A stretch of 64,000 nucleotides of DNA, taken from positions 59,995,195-60,059,194 of the forward strand of contig CM074513.1 of NCBI GenBank assembly GCA_037379345.1, in the 5' to 3' direction. This DNA is from Perna viridis. Its lineage: Eukaryota. The notes beneath the pieces were generated by a model. It made no database searches. It saw only the letters and a program-made list of their open reading frames with translations, and had not been told where the DNA came from. The position numbers and the translations under genes were made by a program. This document shows, piece by piece, positions 61,335 to 64,000 of this stretch. Numbering within the stretch: the first letter of the stretch is position 1; every line of letters starts with the position of its first letter.

Positions 61335-62385
61335 TCAATGTACGGCGAGTGATCTTTACTCCTTTCCTATTTTCGATATTTTTGAATGACATTAAGGGTT
61401 ATTTTATAAGATTAGAAGGGTTACCTTTAGAAACCATAAAGGGAAGTTTCATCAAGAACTTAATAAATATTTTGATTTATTTGTTTTAGTGTATACATAT
61501 GACACAGTTATATTGTCTGTATTCGTGTATACATATGACACAGTTATATCGTCTGTATTAGTGTACGCAGGCGACACAGTTATATCGTCTGTATTGGTGT
61601 ATGCAGGTGACACAGTTATATTGTCTGTATTAGTGTATGCAGGTGACGCAGTTATATTGTCTGTATTAGTGTATGCGGGTGACACAGTTATATTGTTTGG
61701 ATGACATAGTAATATTGTCTGTATTAGTGTATGTAGGTGACACAGTTATATTGTCTGTATTAGTGTATGCGGGTGACACAGTTATATTGTCTGTATTAGT
61801 GTATGCGGGTGACACAGTTATATTGCTTGGATGACATAGTAATATTGTCTGTATTAGTGTATGCAGGTGACACAGTTATATTGTCTGTATTGGTGTATGC
61901 AGGTGACACAGCTACATTGTCTGTATTGGTATATGCAGGTGACACAGTTATATTGTCTGTATTAGTGTATGCGGGTGACACATATTGTTTGGATGACATA
62001 GTAATATTGTCTGTATTAGTGTATGCAGGTGACACAGTTATATTGTCTGGATGATACAGTTATATTGTCTGTATTAGTGTATGCAGGTGACACAGTTATA
62101 TTGTCTGTATTAGTGTATGCAGATGACACAGATATATTGTCAGAAACAAAAGAAGGCATGCAAACGATTTTAAACATTTTTCATGCCTTCAGCAATACAT
62201 GGAAATTTTAGATCAATGTCAAGAAAACAAATGTCATGATATTTAGTAAAAAGAAAAATGAATAAAATACAGTATTCACTTTTCAATGATTTACCTTTAG
62301 ATATTGTAGAAAAATGGTCTCGATCGGTGTAGTTTTCAAGTGCAATCATCTGAATGGTAAATTTCTAGACACGAAAAAAGTTAAT
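61335..62385 (+). mobile_element. LINE RT fragment whose YADD motif is expanded into a minisatellite
   Basis: TPFLFSIFLND upstream of the array; VYADDTDILSETKEGMQ..LN.F..F...WKF.INVKKTNVMIFSK downstream. Confidence 0.85.
61488..62140. repeat. 36-bp minisatellite x~16 derived from the RT YADD motif
   Basis: gtgtatgcaggtgacacagttatattgtctgtatta (VYAGDTVILSVL). Confidence 0.95.
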
Positions 62386-62389
62386 CAAT

Positions 62390-63740
62390 CAATCTATAAA
62401 ATCACTTCATTTCATATATAAATGATAATTATCTTAATCATTCTAAATATATACTTTAAACCTATGTAGAAACATTGGTATACAGATAAACATGCATATT
62501 TTACAATATTAATGTACAGTTGCTGAGGAACAAAGATTAAAGTACAAATAGCCAACAGACAAAAAAGTAAGAGAGATAAATACAAAGTAGCATATAAAAA
62601 GATGTGGGTTTATGTGTGGTGGGTAAAATCAGGGTGATGAGTAAATGACTAAATGAGAGAATCCATTTTCTTATTGATAATTCTGATAAATTGACACAAC
62701 TTGCGGAGTTCAGACTTTTTTGTGGTATTCATTCATTTATTGAACTTTAAAACTTTGCAATTCACTAAAAACTTATCTGTATATATTTTTCTCTCTATCA
62801 TGATGGAACTGCATTTTAGTATATAATGATATTCATCACCTATATCGCCATCCCAGCAAAAAAGGGCAGATTCTGTTACATATATCTCTTGATATGATTT
62901 CCATCTCCCACTTTCAACAGAAAGTTTGATTTATAAGTCGAACTTTACATACCTTTATCATGAAGTACATCAAAATATTTTTCGATACCATGATCTTTTT
63001 TCAATAGTTGGTAATTCAATGTTTCAGCGCCATTTTCAATACTTGAATTTTTTCAACAGTGCTTTTTAGCCATTTACCATTGTATACACATTGATAGCGC
63101 CATATGTATTGCAGGCCACATTCATTCAAAATGTTTTCAATACCTTTAAGCCAAGATGACGAAAAAGATGTCGTGTTTGTTAGGTTGATTATCAGCTTAT
63201 AATGGTACTTAATTTTTGCTCTGGACCGTTTTAGAATTTCGCCCCAAAAGAAATCATTCTTACTTTAATATCTAAGACTAATGGACATATTCCTAATTCC
63301 TCATAAACCATGGAGCTAGGCGTTGTTGATTTAACTTGGAGTAGAAGTTTACAAAACTTCAAATGGATTTTTTCTATAATTTCATATTACCAAAGCCTCA
63401 TATTTCACAACCATACAGTAAGATTGGCTTGACAAGTTTATCAAACAGATCCAGCTGGCATTTAACTGAAAGATTATGTACTCGCCTTTTTTTCAGTAGA
63501 CTATACATGGCTTTATTTACCTTTTCAGCTAATTGATGTTTGCAGGTTTTAAAGTTTCCACTCTTCCCAAAATGTACATCCAAGTTGTCATTTACGATTT
63601 CTACAGCAGAATTGTTGTAGACAAAATTCATATTCTTTATTTGTCTTTTTCGACATTAACACTTGATTGCCATGCGTTACAGTACTCTTTAAATTTGTTC
63701 AATGAGTATTGCAGATTACTTACCGATTCATCATTGTATT
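62390..63740 (-). mobile_element. RTE-X/L2-like LINE 3' half, degenerate
   Basis: Minus strand NLQYSLNKFKEYCNAW, KAMYSLLKK, QLDLFDKLVKPILLYGCEI, IEKIHLKFCK, GDIGDEYHYILKC. Confidence 0.85.
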
Positions 63741-64000
63741 AAAATGTCCTGGATTGATCTGTATAATGGGAGCTTTGATTAACAAATTGCATTTTCGTTA
63801 CATAGAGTTATCCTTCTTAGAACATGCATTTGTTTTTGTCCAAAACTCAATGCATCGGTTGATGTGGTTGGTTCCAGATTGGGTCGTCAATTTAATAGAA
63901 GTACTATTTTTAGCGTGTATGACGATTATAGGCATAATTGATCAGATTACTCTCCTACAATTGTTAAAACTGGTGTAGTATTTTACTTTTTGGATACTTT

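Noticed and set aside
11692-62140. AGGT present in four different minisatellite units as a general rule
   Set aside because: A 4-mer in 4 of about 14 units of 25-65 bp is too weak to distinguish from chance.

Overview
AT-rich animal genomic DNA, most likely a bivalve mollusc (the repeat families resemble Mytilus/oyster repeats; inference, not a database result). It holds two spliced + strand genes. The first is the 3' part of a casein kinase I gamma gene (CSNK1G/gish; 8 coding exons from 1431 to 16641 plus a candidate 36-nt microexon; 5' exons lie upstream of the window). The second is a complete TRIP4/ASC-1 gene (12 coding exons, 27201-57128, 1674 nt, 557 aa). Introns and the intergenic region are filled with Penelope-like (Naiad-type) RT fragments, CR1/L2- and RTE-X-like LINE relics, tRNA-derived SINEs, Helentron-type non-autonomous elements, several MITEs with clear TIRs/TSDs and about 14 independent tandem arrays. 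Main unusual observations: (1) about 19 tandem copies of the TRIP4 exon 7 end plus its 5' splice site, giving four in-frame donors followed by a unit with both a stop codon and a dead donor; (2) a compact three-way-junction/pseudoknot RNA fold conserved in the 3' UTR of the Penelope-like family; (3) a minisatellite made by amplifying the YADD active-site codons of a LINE RT; (4) a 4-kb modular satellite with higher-order repeats. Coordinates were read by eye, and repeat boundaries are approximate.
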